DNA from: Bacteroidales bacterium
GTDB lineage: Bacteria; Bacteroidota; Bacteroidia; Bacteroidales; UBA10428
Length of the DNA: 64,000 nucleotides
NCBI GenBank assembly: GCA_041737175.1
Contig: JBGSSF010000033.1
Location: forward strand, 8,849 to 72,848
Direction: 5' to 3'
Positions within the stretch are counted from its first letter, which is position 1. Each line of letters opens with the position of its first letter. The notes under the pieces are model-generated. The model was not told the DNA's origin. It saw nothing but the letters and a program-made list of their open reading frames with translations, and made no database searches. The translations under genes and the position numbers were made by a program. This document shows, one piece after another, positions 33,586-43,134 of the stretch.

Positions 33586-33669
33586 AAGCCCCATTAGGGG
33601 CGATATTTTGGTAGAAGAATTATAAAGCAATTCTTTAAAAGCCCCATAGGGGCGACATTCTGGTCAGGG
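33586..33669. repeat. Two copies of a hairpin + GAYATTYTGGT module (hairpin-module family, copy C)
   Basis: AAGCCCCATTAGGGGCGATATTTTGGTAGAAG (33586-33617) and AAGCCCCATAGGGGCGACATTCTGGTCAGGG (33639-33669), separated by the 7-bp hairpin AAGAATT/AATTCTT. The tail motif resembles 3467-3481 and 56661-56676. Confidence 0.75.
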
Positions 33670-33779
33670 ATATTTGCCTTATTATCAATTATATATTATT
33701 ATTGATTACAGATAATCCTTTTCATTTTTAACATACTAAATGACTGCTACAATTACATCTACATCGCAAAAGAATACCA

Positions 33780-33810
33780 TTTGCTATTCTGGTAGTTTGT
33801 TCTAACTTTG
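33780..33810 (+). promoter_or_regulatory. Candidate Bacteroidota sigma-A promoter for the cold-shock-domain gene
   Basis: TTTG (33780-33783), a 19-nt spacer, then TAACTTTG (33803-33810). This matches the -33 TTTG / -7 TAnnTTTG consensus and leaves a ~50-nt leader before the ATG at 33869. Confidence 0.4.
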
Positions 33811-33868
33811 CCCAATTAAAATTTGAGAATCTTCGCTTACCGGAATAGTTTAATAACTAATATTAATT

Positions 33869-34324
33869 ATGGCTAAAACACAGGAAACCTATAACAAAAA
33901 GGAAGTTAGAAACAAGAAAGAAAAGAAGAGGAAAGAGAAGGAACAGAAAAGGCTTGAAAGAAGAGAAAATGCCAATGAGAGCAGAAGCTTCGAAGATATG
34001 ATAGCCTATGTTGACGAGAATGGAAGACTTACTTCCACCCCCCCTGATCCGAACATGAAAAAGAAGGTGAAAGTCGAAGATATTGAGATCAGCGTTCCCA
34101 AAAGGCTGACCGATGAAAAGGCTGACACTACCAGAACAGGCATTGTTACCTTCTTTAATGAATCAAAAGGCTTTGGTTTCATCAGGGATCTGGGGAATCA
34201 ACAAAGTGTTTTTGTCCATATCAATGATATGCTTGAGAACATTATTGAAAACAACAAGGTTACTTTCAAGGTAGAGATGGGACCTAAAGGAGCCAAGGCT
34301 GTTCAGGTCAAACTCGATAAATAA
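33869..34324 (+). CDS. Cold-shock-domain protein with an N-terminal Lys/Glu-rich extension
   Basis: C-terminal CSD with RNP1/RNP2-like motifs (GIVTFFNESKGFGFI, VFVHIND). N-terminal ~85 aa are highly charged (KKEVRNKKEKKRKEKEQKRLERRE). Confidence 0.85.
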   Translation: MAKTQETYNKKEVRNKKEKKRKEKEQKRLERRENANESRSFEDMIAYVDENGRLTSTPPDPNMKKKVKVEDIEISVPKRLTDEKADTTRTGIVTFFNESKGFGFIRDLGNQQSVFVHINDMLENIIENNKVTFKVEMGPKGAKAVQVKLDK

Positions 34325-34335
34325 CAAGATACACT

Positions 34336-34749
34336 TTATACAAGACTTGCTTCCAGGTGAATCTCCAGGTTCAGCACTTTGGATACCGGACAGGTCAATT
34401 TGGTTTCCCGGGCATATTTCTCGAAATCTGCTTTGCTGAGTCCGGGAACTTTAGCTTTCACAACCAGATTTGATGTTTTAATCACGCCATCCTCCAGGGT
34501 AATGGTGCACGTTGTTTCAACATTTTCAGGGATTATGCCGTCTTTGCCAAGCCCGGCGCTCAATGCCATACTGTAACATCCGGCATGGGCTGCTGCTATA
34601 AGTTCTTCAGGATTTGTACCTCCGGTACCATTCCCAAATCGTGAATTGAATGTATAAGGTAGATTTGCGAAAAAAGCACTTGCGGAACTGAGATGTCCGG
34701 CACCTTCCTTCAGAGAACCTTTCCAAATTGCTGTGGCTGTACTTTTCAT
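34336..34749 (-). CDS. OsmC/Ohr-family peroxiredoxin-like protein
   Basis: 137 aa. Carries the two conserved Cys contexts of OsmC (AAHAGCYSMAL and KLTCPVSKVL). Confidence 0.85.
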   Translation of the reverse strand: MKSTATAIWKGSLKEGAGHLSSASAFFANLPYTFNSRFGNGTGGTNPEELIAAAHAGCYSMALSAGLGKDGIIPENVETTCTITLEDGVIKTSNLVVKAKVPGLSKADFEKYARETKLTCPVSKVLNLEIHLEASLV

Positions 34750-34851
34750 AGGTTGGTTTTGATGTTGATGAATGCTTGTCTTTTATATCAGGAGAACACG
34801 CTGTCAGGCATTTTGTTCAACCGGGCGAATTTCACCGTTCTTTTGGCCCTC

Positions 34852-35805
34852 TTACACCTCAGGGTTCATCCAGATTACTTTTTGGAAGGATTGGTGTGGT
34901 CCGCCAATGATATCTTTGTACAATTCGGGCCGTCTGGCCATTCTGTAACGGTAACCGCCTGACTGGGTCAGCTTCTCAGGGGTGAGTACTGCCGTAACAA
35001 AATCATCACCCAGGGTACGGCACTCGGCAATGATATCACCAAAAGGATCGATGATCATGGAACAACCGTTCAACAAAAGATCATCATCCATACCTATGGG
35101 ATTGGAAAAGATCACGTAAACGCCATTGTCATAAGCCCTTGAAGGAAGCCATTTTATAAGCCAGCTCCTTCCTTTCATCCCGTCAAATTCCAGGCGCAAC
35201 GAGGTAGGATCAGCTTCCCGGTTTTCCCATAAAGCAGGATCAATGATCCCGGCACCGGGCCGGGTTGAAGGAGTACACATGGTGAAATGCGGCATAAAGA
35301 TTATTTCAGCACCCATCAGGGCAGTAGCACGGACATTTTCAATTATATTGTTGTCATAACAGATCAGGATCCCGCATTTACAGCCGTGCAGATCAAATAC
35401 ACAGTATTGATCGCCAGGTGTGAGGTACGGATTGATGAATGGGTGCAGTTTTCTGAATTTTGCCACCAATCCTGTTTTATCTACACAAACATAGGTTTTA
35501 TATAGTCTATCTTCGGAATCTTTCTCAAAAAGTCCGGCGAGGACTGATATACCATATCTGGCAGAAATATCCACCAGCTTTTTTATGCTGTCTCCCTCGG
35601 GGATATACTCAGCCAGTTCAAGCATTTGCTCTTTTGAAAGACGACGGGCAAAGTAATAGCCTGTTAAAGCACATTCATGAAAAGCAATTGCCTGAGAGCC
35701 CTGCAGGGCTGCTTTATGCGAAAGGGTATCTATAACCGACAGGTTATAAGCCTTGTCACCGCTTTTGTTTTCAAACTGGGCGGTTGAAATTTTAATTTTT
35801 TCCAT
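34852..35805 (-). CDS. Carbon-nitrogen hydrolase (nitrilase superfamily) protein
   Basis: Contexts of the Glu-Lys-Cys catalytic triad are present: AFHECALTGY, FRKLHPF, CGILICYD. Confidence 0.85.
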   Translation of the reverse strand: MEKIKISTAQFENKSGDKAYNLSVIDTLSHKAALQGSQAIAFHECALTGYYFARRLSKEQMLELAEYIPEGDSIKKLVDISARYGISVLAGLFEKDSEDRLYKTYVCVDKTGLVAKFRKLHPFINPYLTPGDQYCVFDLHGCKCGILICYDNNIIENVRATALMGAEIIFMPHFTMCTPSTRPGAGIIDPALWENREADPTSLRLEFDGMKGRSWLIKWLPSRAYDNGVYVIFSNPIGMDDDLLLNGCSMIIDPFGDIIAECRTLGDDFVTAVLTPEKLTQSGGYRYRMARRPELYKDIIGGPHQSFQKVIWMNPEV

Positions 35806-35828
35806 GCACTAAAATTAGTGCAATTTTG

Positions 35829-38153
35829 TTATTCGTAACGTATTGATAACACCGGATCACTCATGGCCACCTTCCAGGTCTGCCAGCTCACCGTTGCAAG
35901 CAGTATGATTACCATGAATAAACCTCCCAGCAGGAAGTATAAAATTCCGGGTTCAACATGTTGCGGGAAAACAGAAAGGTATGCCCCGGTGACGAAATAG
36001 GATATCGGTGTGGCAATTGCGATAGCAGCAAATGTTTGCAGTAAAAGGCCTCGGGAAAGTGTAAACATCATGCCGGTAACATTCGCGCCGAATACCTTAC
36101 GAATACCTATTTGTCTGCGGTACCGCCGGGCAATAAAGACCGACAATCCGAAAATCCCGATAAGGGAGTTGAGAATGGTGAGCAGAAAGAAAAGATGCAT
36201 CAGCCTGCTGGCGGATCCATAGGATTTAGCCTCTTTCGTGTCCATCAGGACATCCTCATGATACTTGATCTCAACAGGATAATCCGGATTGAATTTTCGG
36301 AGCGTGCCGATGATGAATTCGTGGGTTGACTCCCGTTCTTCCGGACTGATACGTATGAGAAAGTATTGATCGGAATTACCACTGCAGGTGATAAGAGCCG
36401 GCAACTGATCCACGATCGGCGGAACTGCCCGGTAGGCATCCACTATACCGATGATGGTATATTGTTTTCCCCTGAATAATACTTGTTTATGAATCGGATC
36501 GACATGTCCCAGTTCGAAGGCCGTTTTTTCATTGATCACCATGGAAGACTCTTTATCAGAGGGGTATTCCTCTGAAAAGAAACGTCCACTGAGTAACTTG
36601 ATTTGATAGACCTCGAGATAATCGGGTTCAAAGGTATAATCAACTGCCATGGTCGTGTTTTTTTCATCCTTCCATTCCATGGTGAGTCGATAGCCCATTG
36701 GTGGAATGGTGGATCCCCAGGAAACTGCTTCTACCCTGGGATTCTTTTTAAGTTCATCTTTTACCCGGGTTAAATCGCCCCAGGGGTGACCCGGAAGGCA
36801 GATTACGTATTCCCCGTCATACTTTGCAATATCTTTTCTGTCGAGATACATGTTCTGCCTGTCCATCACCATGATAACCTGGATGAAAACAACGCTCAGG
36901 AACAACTGCAAGGTTGTAAGGATCCATCTTGAGTATGCCCCGGACTGATTGGGCGTATTGTCGGATTTCATCAGAAGAACCGGTTTCACCGCGGAGTATC
37001 TGAAGGCAGGATAAAGACCGGAAAGCAAGGTGATGACTACAAACAATATTGTCCCCGACAGCAGAAACTGTTTGCTGGCCGCTAGATGTATATTGGTATA
37101 CATCTGCGCATTAAACCAGGGAAGAAATATCTTAAGCAACACGATTGCCAGGTTAAAACTGATCAGTGTATAGAGCAAGGTATCCGTTAAAAACTGGGTC
37201 AATATATGCATTTGTGTGGCGCCGTTGACTTTATGTAATCCGGTTTCACGGGTTCGGGTAGAAAACAGTATCGAAGTCAGGTTAATAAAATTCACACAGG
37301 AAATCAGCAACACAAACAGGCCTCCCAACAGGAAAACCAGGAGTTTCCCCTTGGTATTTTCATAAGTCCCCCGGAAATGGATTTCTTTCAGGGGCAGAAG
37401 AAAGACTGATATATTTTCAATTTCGACGGGTATTTTGTAGGACTGCAGTATCTTTTCGTTCAATTGTTTCACATCGGCTCCCGGTTTTAACAGCACATAT
37501 GAGTTGTATTCTGCTGAATGGTATTCCCTGTATCTCCAGTTATCAAACCTGGAGGCAAAGGAAAAAGGGATGAAAAATTCAGCCCGGACAATGGTATTGG
37601 AAGGCAATTCCTCGAAGACTCCTGTTACGGTGAAATCAACCTGCTCACCATCGCAATTGATCCTTAAGGATTTTCCAAGCGGACTGTTGCGGCCAAAATA
37701 CCGGTTTGCTGCCTGCTCTGATATAACAATGCTTTGGGGATCATAAACCGGAAAACCTTCTATGAAAGGGATGGTGAAAATCTTAAAGAATGTGGAATCC
37801 GCAAAAGTGATGTCATCTTCAATAAACAGATTCTCTCCGGCGCGCACGGTGGACGAAAATCTTCTGGACAGGGTGTGTGCCTCGATTTCTGGGAACATAT
37901 TCTGCAATGCCTCTCCCTCAGGGCCATATGAAGCAGGCAGAAAAGTAAGTTCACCAAATTTGCCATTCAGAAAAACAGTTGAAATCCGTTCAAGCTTTTC
38001 ATGGCATTCCTCATAGGAAAGTTCATATTGCGCATAGGCAATGGCTATTACGGCGGAGGCCAGGCCAAGGGTGAGCCCCACGATATTGATAACAGAGACC
38101 ATCCTGTTCTTCAACAGGTTCCTCCAGGCGGTGATTAGGTAATGCAAAAACAT
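35829..38153 (-). CDS. FtsX/MacB-type ABC transporter permease (double FtsX domain)
   Basis: ~780 aa with an N-terminal TM, a large extracytoplasmic domain and two FtsX-like 3-4 TM blocks. I took the start at the second ATG (MFLHYLITAWRNLLKNRM, the typical N-terminus of this family); the ATG at 38177 is also possible. No cognate ATPase is adjacent. Confidence 0.8.
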   Translation of the reverse strand: MFLHYLITAWRNLLKNRMVSVINIVGLTLGLASAVIAIAYAQYELSYEECHEKLERISTVFLNGKFGELTFLPASYGPEGEALQNMFPEIEAHTLSRRFSSTVRAGENLFIEDDITFADSTFFKIFTIPFIEGFPVYDPQSIVISEQAANRYFGRNSPLGKSLRINCDGEQVDFTVTGVFEELPSNTIVRAEFFIPFSFASRFDNWRYREYHSAEYNSYVLLKPGADVKQLNEKILQSYKIPVEIENISVFLLPLKEIHFRGTYENTKGKLLVFLLGGLFVLLISCVNFINLTSILFSTRTRETGLHKVNGATQMHILTQFLTDTLLYTLISFNLAIVLLKIFLPWFNAQMYTNIHLAASKQFLLSGTILFVVITLLSGLYPAFRYSAVKPVLLMKSDNTPNQSGAYSRWILTTLQLFLSVVFIQVIMVMDRQNMYLDRKDIAKYDGEYVICLPGHPWGDLTRVKDELKKNPRVEAVSWGSTIPPMGYRLTMEWKDEKNTTMAVDYTFEPDYLEVYQIKLLSGRFFSEEYPSDKESSMVINEKTAFELGHVDPIHKQVLFRGKQYTIIGIVDAYRAVPPIVDQLPALITCSGNSDQYFLIRISPEERESTHEFIIGTLRKFNPDYPVEIKYHEDVLMDTKEAKSYGSASRLMHLFFLLTILNSLIGIFGLSVFIARRYRRQIGIRKVFGANVTGMMFTLSRGLLLQTFAAIAIATPISYFVTGAYLSVFPQHVEPGILYFLLGGLFMVIILLATVSWQTWKVAMSDPVLSIRYE

Positions 38154-38198
38154 GGTTCGTAATTGTAAAGGAAACATATGGATTCAGGTGAAGACGTG

Positions 38199-38213
38199 AC
38201 AAGGTTTATGCCA
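38199..38213 (-). promoter_or_regulatory. Candidate sigma-54 (-24/-12) promoter for the FtsX-permease/C-N hydrolase operon
   Basis: The minus strand reads TGGCATAAACCTTGT against the consensus TGGCAC-N5-TTGC. Spacing is correct, with one mismatch in each element (the -12 GC is GT). It lies 22-46 nt upstream of the candidate start codons and next to an NtrC-type activator gene. It is embedded in the 17-bp palindrome GGTTTATGCCATAAACC. Confidence 0.35.
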
Positions 38214-38366
38214 TAAACCATAATAACTAGTAAATCAGAATTATACGAATCAGAAACTCTTCGATTTCCAAAAATATGTACCAAAGTGATACACTCTGTG
38301 GATGTTCCTGGTACATATTTCTTAATTTTAACCTGGTTTTATGCTTCATTAAAAATAATCCTGATC

Positions 38367-39740
38367 ATGTCAAAAATTGCAGGCCATGTTCTCATTGTTG
38401 ATGACAATACCAGTGTATTGAATTCACTCGAGCTTTTCCTGAAATATCAGTTTGAGCGGATCAGCACACTCCGCAATCCAAACCTTCTTCCTGGCTTCCT
38501 GGAGAAGGAGTCTCCTGATATCATCCTGCTCGATATGAACTTTGCAGCGGGTATCAACACAGGAAACGAGGGCATATTCTGGCTCAACAATATTCTTAAG
38601 GCTGATCCGGATGCTGCTGTGGTAATGATCACAGCATATGGTGATATTGAACTTGCCATTAAAGCCATTAAGGAAGGTGCTTCGGATTTTATACTGAAAC
38701 CGTGGGATAACAACAAGTTGTTGGCTACTTTGCAATCGGCAATGAGACTGCATCATTCAAAAACGCAGGTCAGGTATCTGCAGCTGAAAGAAAAGCAATT
38801 GAAAGAAGATATCAGCAAGGGCTTTTCGGGAATTATAGGAGATTCACCGGTTATGAACGAACTTTTGAAAACCATACAAAAAGTGGCCAAAACGGATGCC
38901 AGTGTTTTACTGACCGGTGAGAATGGCACTGGAAAAGAACTGGTCGCCCGGGAAATTCACAGGTTGTCAGATCGTCATAAAAACGATTTTATATCGGTCG
39001 ACCTGGGAGCCCTGCCCGACACGTTAATTGAAAGCGAATTGTTCGGTCATGTGAAAGGTGCCTTTACCGATGCCCGCGAAGACCGGATGGGGCGTTTCGA
39101 ATCTGCCAACGGAGGAACGCTCTTCCTCGATGAAATCGGGAATCTCGGTTATACACTTCAGCCAAAACTGCTCACGGCAATAGAGCAAAGGAAGATCACA
39201 CCACTTGGCTCAAACAGGCAACATGATGTGAATATCCGGATAATCTGCGCAACCAATAAGGATATGAATTCGCTGGTAAAGCAGAAACTCTTTCGGGAGG
39301 ACTTGTTTTACAGGATCAATACCATTCAGATTGAAATACCTCCCTTGCGTTTTCGAGGAGATGATATAATTATGCTGGCAGAGCATTATCTGGCAGAGTT
39401 TGCGTCACGGTATGGCCGTGAGGGAATAAAAATTTCGAATAAATCTGCTGAAAAGCTCAAGGCCTATGCATGGCCCGGAAATGTCAGGGAACTTCGCCAC
39501 ACCATTGAAAAGGCTGTAATACTAACTGATTCAGCAAATCTTGTTCCGGAAGATTTTTCCTTTGATTCGGATAATCTGAACCTGGATATTGTTTTACCCG
39601 GCTTGAAACTCGAAGAGGTTGAAAAAAAAGCCATAGCACTTTCCCTCAAAAACCACAGCTGGAATATTGCGGAAGTTGCCAGGGAATTGGGTATTGGAAG
39701 GCAAACCCTGTATCGCAAAATCGCCAAATACAAAATCTGA
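38367..39740 (+). CDS. Sigma-54-dependent response regulator (NtrC family)
   Basis: Start moved to the ATG at 38367 (MSKIAGHVLIVDDN). REC domain, AAA+ domain with Walker A GENGTGKE, GAFTDA (GAFTGA-type sigma-54 contact loop), ESELFGH, and a C-terminal Fis-type HTH (NIAEVARELGIGRQTLYRKI). Confidence 0.9.
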   Translation: MSKIAGHVLIVDDNTSVLNSLELFLKYQFERISTLRNPNLLPGFLEKESPDIILLDMNFAAGINTGNEGIFWLNNILKADPDAAVVMITAYGDIELAIKAIKEGASDFILKPWDNNKLLATLQSAMRLHHSKTQVRYLQLKEKQLKEDISKGFSGIIGDSPVMNELLKTIQKVAKTDASVLLTGENGTGKELVAREIHRLSDRHKNDFISVDLGALPDTLIESELFGHVKGAFTDAREDRMGRFESANGGTLFLDEIGNLGYTLQPKLLTAIEQRKITPLGSNRQHDVNIRIICATNKDMNSLVKQKLFREDLFYRINTIQIEIPPLRFRGDDIIMLAEHYLAEFASRYGREGIKISNKSAEKLKAYAWPGNVRELRHTIEKAVILTDSANLVPEDFSFDSDNLNLDIVLPGLKLEEVEKKAIALSLKNHSWNIAEVARELGIGRQTLYRKIAKYKI

Positions 39741-39767
39741 ACTTTTAAAACAGAAATCTATCTAGCC

Positions 39768-41126
39768 ATGATCCACCATAGGTTTTATATCAATGTGATC
39801 TTCCGGGTAATTCTTCTTACCGCCACCAGTCTGGTTCTCGCCTATGCATTTATTCAGAAGAATGACCTGTATATCACAGTGAATGTTTTATTGCTGCTTA
39901 TCATTCAGGTTTTTCTCCTGTTATTTTATATTAACCGGATCAACCGTGATCTGACCAACTTCTTTAGCGCTGTATCCAGTGACGAAACTACGGTTTCATA
40001 TACAAAAGCCGCACCCGGCAGTTCATTTGTGAAACTTTATGAGCTTTTTGATGAGGTTAACCAAAGAATACAGCAACTTAAACTGGAAAGCAGCAGGCGT
40101 TCATTCTACCTGCAGCACCTTGTGGATAATGCTGGCATCGGAATCCTGTCCATTACATCAGAGGACATGATTGACATCATTAATCCGGCTGCCAGACAAT
40201 TACTGAATCTTTCATCCAAAAACGGAACACAATATTTCAGTGATATCGGTAAATCAATTGTGGCACAGCTTAAGGAAATCAAGCCCGGTGAACAACGCTT
40301 GCTGAAAACGGCAACGGGTCATGATACCCTTCCTCTCGCGATAAGGGCCAGTGATTTTACTTTCCGCGGTGATACCATCCGATTGTTCACCTTTCAGAGT
40401 ATAAAAAATGAATTGGAGGAAAATGAACAAGCATCATGGCAAAAACTTATCCGTACCCTGACGCATGAAATCATGAATTCCGTTGGTCCCATCTCATCCA
40501 CCATAAAGACAATCCGTTCATTCTATGAAAAAAAGGCCGGGGAATTATACGGGGAATCTCCAGAGTTCCCCAAAGAAACATTGACGGATACTTTACATGG
40601 ACTGGATATTATTGATGAAAGGGCCCAGGGGATGCTTGACTTTGTGAGCAAATTCCGCAGTCTTACAATACTCCCCACACTCAATCTTACCAAATTAGAG
40701 GTCAAAGAGCTTTTAAGCGGGATTGAATGCTTGTTTTCGTCGGAAATTCTGAATCTCCGCATTCAGATGTCTGTTGTGGTCAATCCTGAATCGCTTTCGA
40801 TAACTGCGGATAAACAGTTGATAGAGCAGGTTTTAATAAATCTTGTAACCAATGCAATACAGGCTCTTCCTGAAATATTCCCGAGAAAAATAAAAATGGC
40901 TGCTTTTAGCGATTATGCTGGCAAGGTATTCATTCAGATAGCAGATAATGGAACAGGTATCAGTGAAGAAATCAGGGACCGGATATTCATACCTTTTTTT
41001 TCAACCAAAGAAAAGGGATCAGGAATAGGACTAAGTCTGTCGCGCCAGATCATGATGCTGCACAACGGTAAAATAGCTTTTCATTCGGTTCCGGGAGTTG
41101 AAACAGTTTTCACACTGGTGTTTTAG
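39768..41126 (+). CDS. Sensor histidine kinase (two TM helices, PAS-like, HisKA, HATPase_c)
   Basis: Two N-terminal TM helices, H-box LTHEIMNSVGPI, N-box LINLVTNAIQA, G-boxes DNGTGI and GSGIGLSLSRQI. Lies 27 nt downstream of the NtrC-type gene. Confidence 0.88.
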   Translation: MIHHRFYINVIFRVILLTATSLVLAYAFIQKNDLYITVNVLLLLIIQVFLLLFYINRINRDLTNFFSAVSSDETTVSYTKAAPGSSFVKLYELFDEVNQRIQQLKLESSRRSFYLQHLVDNAGIGILSITSEDMIDIINPAARQLLNLSSKNGTQYFSDIGKSIVAQLKEIKPGEQRLLKTATGHDTLPLAIRASDFTFRGDTIRLFTFQSIKNELEENEQASWQKLIRTLTHEIMNSVGPISSTIKTIRSFYEKKAGELYGESPEFPKETLTDTLHGLDIIDERAQGMLDFVSKFRSLTILPTLNLTKLEVKELLSGIECLFSSEILNLRIQMSVVVNPESLSITADKQLIEQVLINLVTNAIQALPEIFPRKIKMAAFSDYAGKVFIQIADNGTGISEEIRDRIFIPFFSTKEKGSGIGLSLSRQIMMLHNGKIAFHSVPGVETVFTLVF

Positions 41127-42358
41127 GCAATTTCTTCCACATAATCCAATTCCTTTCCATAGGTTTCCTCCGTGAGGAATACCGACCACAAGGCAACTCC
41201 GATAAAGATCACCCCGACTATCACTCCGGAGGTCCACAATCCCGTCACCGGGGTAAGTGTGCCCAGGAGAAAGGTCATCAGTATGGTGGCGCCCCGCACA
41301 AAATTCGGAGCTGTTGTTGTAACCGTGGCCCTAATGTTCGTGCCAAACTGTTCAGATGCAGCGGCCACAAAAATCGCCCACAAACCACCCATGGGGATAC
41401 CCAGAATGAACAAATCGAGGTAAAGCATGAAAGGAGCGGCATCAAAAAGTGAGAAATACACGATGGTGAAAATGGCGATACAGGATGTGGCCAGAACAAT
41501 CGCTTTTTTGCGTGACCGGAAAATCATGGACAGGTAACCGAAGAGGAAGCTTCCGATGGCGGCCCCGGTATAATGGAGCATCACCGAGGTAGATCCCTTG
41601 ACCGTACCGGTTATCCTGAGGGCATCCTGCGCAAATGACGGCGCGTTAATGGTAAGCACACTCACCGTATACCAGCAGGGAAGTGCAAGCAAAGTGGCAA
41701 AAAGGAATTTCCGGAACCTGGTTTTATGGGTAAACAAGGCGAGAAAATTACCCTTGCTGACTTTCTGCGCTTTTGTTTTTTCATACATCCCTGATTCATA
41801 AACTGCCAGTCTCAGAAAAAGTAATGCCAGTCCCAATCCTCCGCCTGCCCAATAAGCCGTTCGCCAGCTGAAACGTTCGGCAACCACAAAAGCCAGCACA
41901 GCACCCAGAATGCCAATACCTGAAACGATGCTGGCCCCCAGCCCTCTCTTTTCCTTCGACATAACCTCGGATATAAGTGTCACGCCCAGACCGAATTCCC
42001 CCGAGAGTCCGAATCCTGCCACAAACCTCAGCCAGGCGTATTGATGTATGCTGGTTACAAAACCATTGGCGATATTGGCCACCGAATAAAGCAGGATTGT
42101 CAGGAACAGGATGGAAAGCCTGCCTTTCTTATCGCCCAGCACTCCCCACACAATCCCGCCAATCAGCATGCCGGCCATTTGCATGCTCAGAATAAAATTG
42201 CCGGTATTGAATAAATCAGCGCTGCTGGTAAGTCCCAGGTCAGTGAGGCTAGGATTCTTGACAATTCCGAAAATAATCAGGTCATAGATGTCAACGAAGT
42301 AACCCAGGGAGGCTACGATCACAAGAATATTGAACAGTTTGGGCGGGCGGGTTTGCAT
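41123..42358 (-). CDS. MFS transporter
   Basis: 411 aa, ~12 predicted TM helices, MFS loop-2/3 motif GVLGDKKGR. Its 3' end overlaps the convergent kinase gene by 4 nt. Confidence 0.8.
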   Translation of the reverse strand: MQTRPPKLFNILVIVASLGYFVDIYDLIIFGIVKNPSLTDLGLTSSADLFNTGNFILSMQMAGMLIGGIVWGVLGDKKGRLSILFLTILLYSVANIANGFVTSIHQYAWLRFVAGFGLSGEFGLGVTLISEVMSKEKRGLGASIVSGIGILGAVLAFVVAERFSWRTAYWAGGGLGLALLFLRLAVYESGMYEKTKAQKVSKGNFLALFTHKTRFRKFLFATLLALPCWYTVSVLTINAPSFAQDALRITGTVKGSTSVMLHYTGAAIGSFLFGYLSMIFRSRKKAIVLATSCIAIFTIVYFSLFDAAPFMLYLDLFILGIPMGGLWAIFVAAASEQFGTNIRATVTTTAPNFVRGATILMTFLLGTLTPVTGLWTSGVIVGVIFIGVALWSVFLTEETYGKELDYVEEIA

Positions 42359-42485
42359 GGTCTGTAGAATTTATTCCATGCATCAAAGTTAGCATTTGGA
42401 TGATTCGGTGGTACTTTATGATGATCTGCATTAACATTTTTATAGGGTAGTTGTTATTCCTTTAAACCTTAAATGCATCAACATT

Positions 42486-42962
42486 ATGCCACAAAAAGCA
42501 CCCAAACCAGTACCTGAAGGCATGAATACTGTCACCACACACCTGTTGTTCAACGGTAACTGCCGGCAGGCAATCGAGTTTTATGAAAAAACCTTTAACG
42601 CTTCCGTGGTCGGAGAAATCATGGATGGTCCGGGCGGAAAGACCGTAATGCACGCTCTTATGAAATTTGGTGACACATTTATCATGATGGCGGATGGCAT
42701 GCCGGGAAGCTGGGAGAAAGGCCCGGCTGATCACACTACGGCAAGCCTGTTCATGTATGTGAATGATTGTGATGCCGTGTATAACAAAGCTCTTGCCGCA
42801 GGATGCAAGGTTGAACATCCGATGATGGATGCTTTCTGGGGTGACCGGATGGGCAACATCATTGATCCCTTTGGTCATGCCTGGGGAATTGCCTCGCACC
42901 TTTGGGATCTTACGCCTGAAGAAATGGCGAAGGGGTATGAGGAGTGGATTAGGGAAATGTAA
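42486..42962 (+). CDS. VOC/glyoxalase-superfamily (PhnB-like) protein
   Basis: 158 aa. LLFNGNCRQAIEFYEKTF...FMMADG...DAFWGDRMGNIIDPFGHAW is the characteristic PhnB/3-demethylubiquinone methyltransferase-like VOC pattern. Confidence 0.8.
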   Translation: MPQKAPKPVPEGMNTVTTHLLFNGNCRQAIEFYEKTFNASVVGEIMDGPGGKTVMHALMKFGDTFIMMADGMPGSWEKGPADHTTASLFMYVNDCDAVYNKALAAGCKVEHPMMDAFWGDRMGNIIDPFGHAWGIASHLWDLTPEEMAKGYEEWIREM

Positions 42963-43102
42963 CTTCGTAATTCTTAAATCGGTGTTCCTTGTTCAATATT
43001 CTTATGAACGCTTATATTATTTTGACCTCCCAATTCTATTGATTTGGCCCCCTTTATTTTTAAGGATTATTGCGTGTAATCAGAAAAAAAATTCTAACTT
43101 GC

Positions 43103-43116
43103 CGTGAACGTACACG
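43103..43116. promoter_or_regulatory. Candidate LacI-type operator upstream of the hexuronate-locus regulator
   Basis: CGTGAACGTACACG is a 14-bp imperfect palindrome (12 of 14 positions symmetric) centred on ACGT, 19 nt upstream of the ATG at 43135. Confidence 0.3.
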
Positions 43117-43134
43117 AGATTAACTCCGCACGGG

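Noticed and set aside
33422-33625. 67-aa ORF in the susC / CSD intergenic region.
   Set aside because: Its sequence is simply the translation of the 53-bp tandem repeats and hairpin modules (with internally repeated peptide segments). It has no start context and is more parsimoniously non-coding.
42462-42899. 145-aa minus-strand ORF overlapping the VOC-family gene.
   Set aside because: The plus-strand product has the conserved PhnB/VOC motif pattern, while the minus-strand translation has none. Only one of the two can be real.
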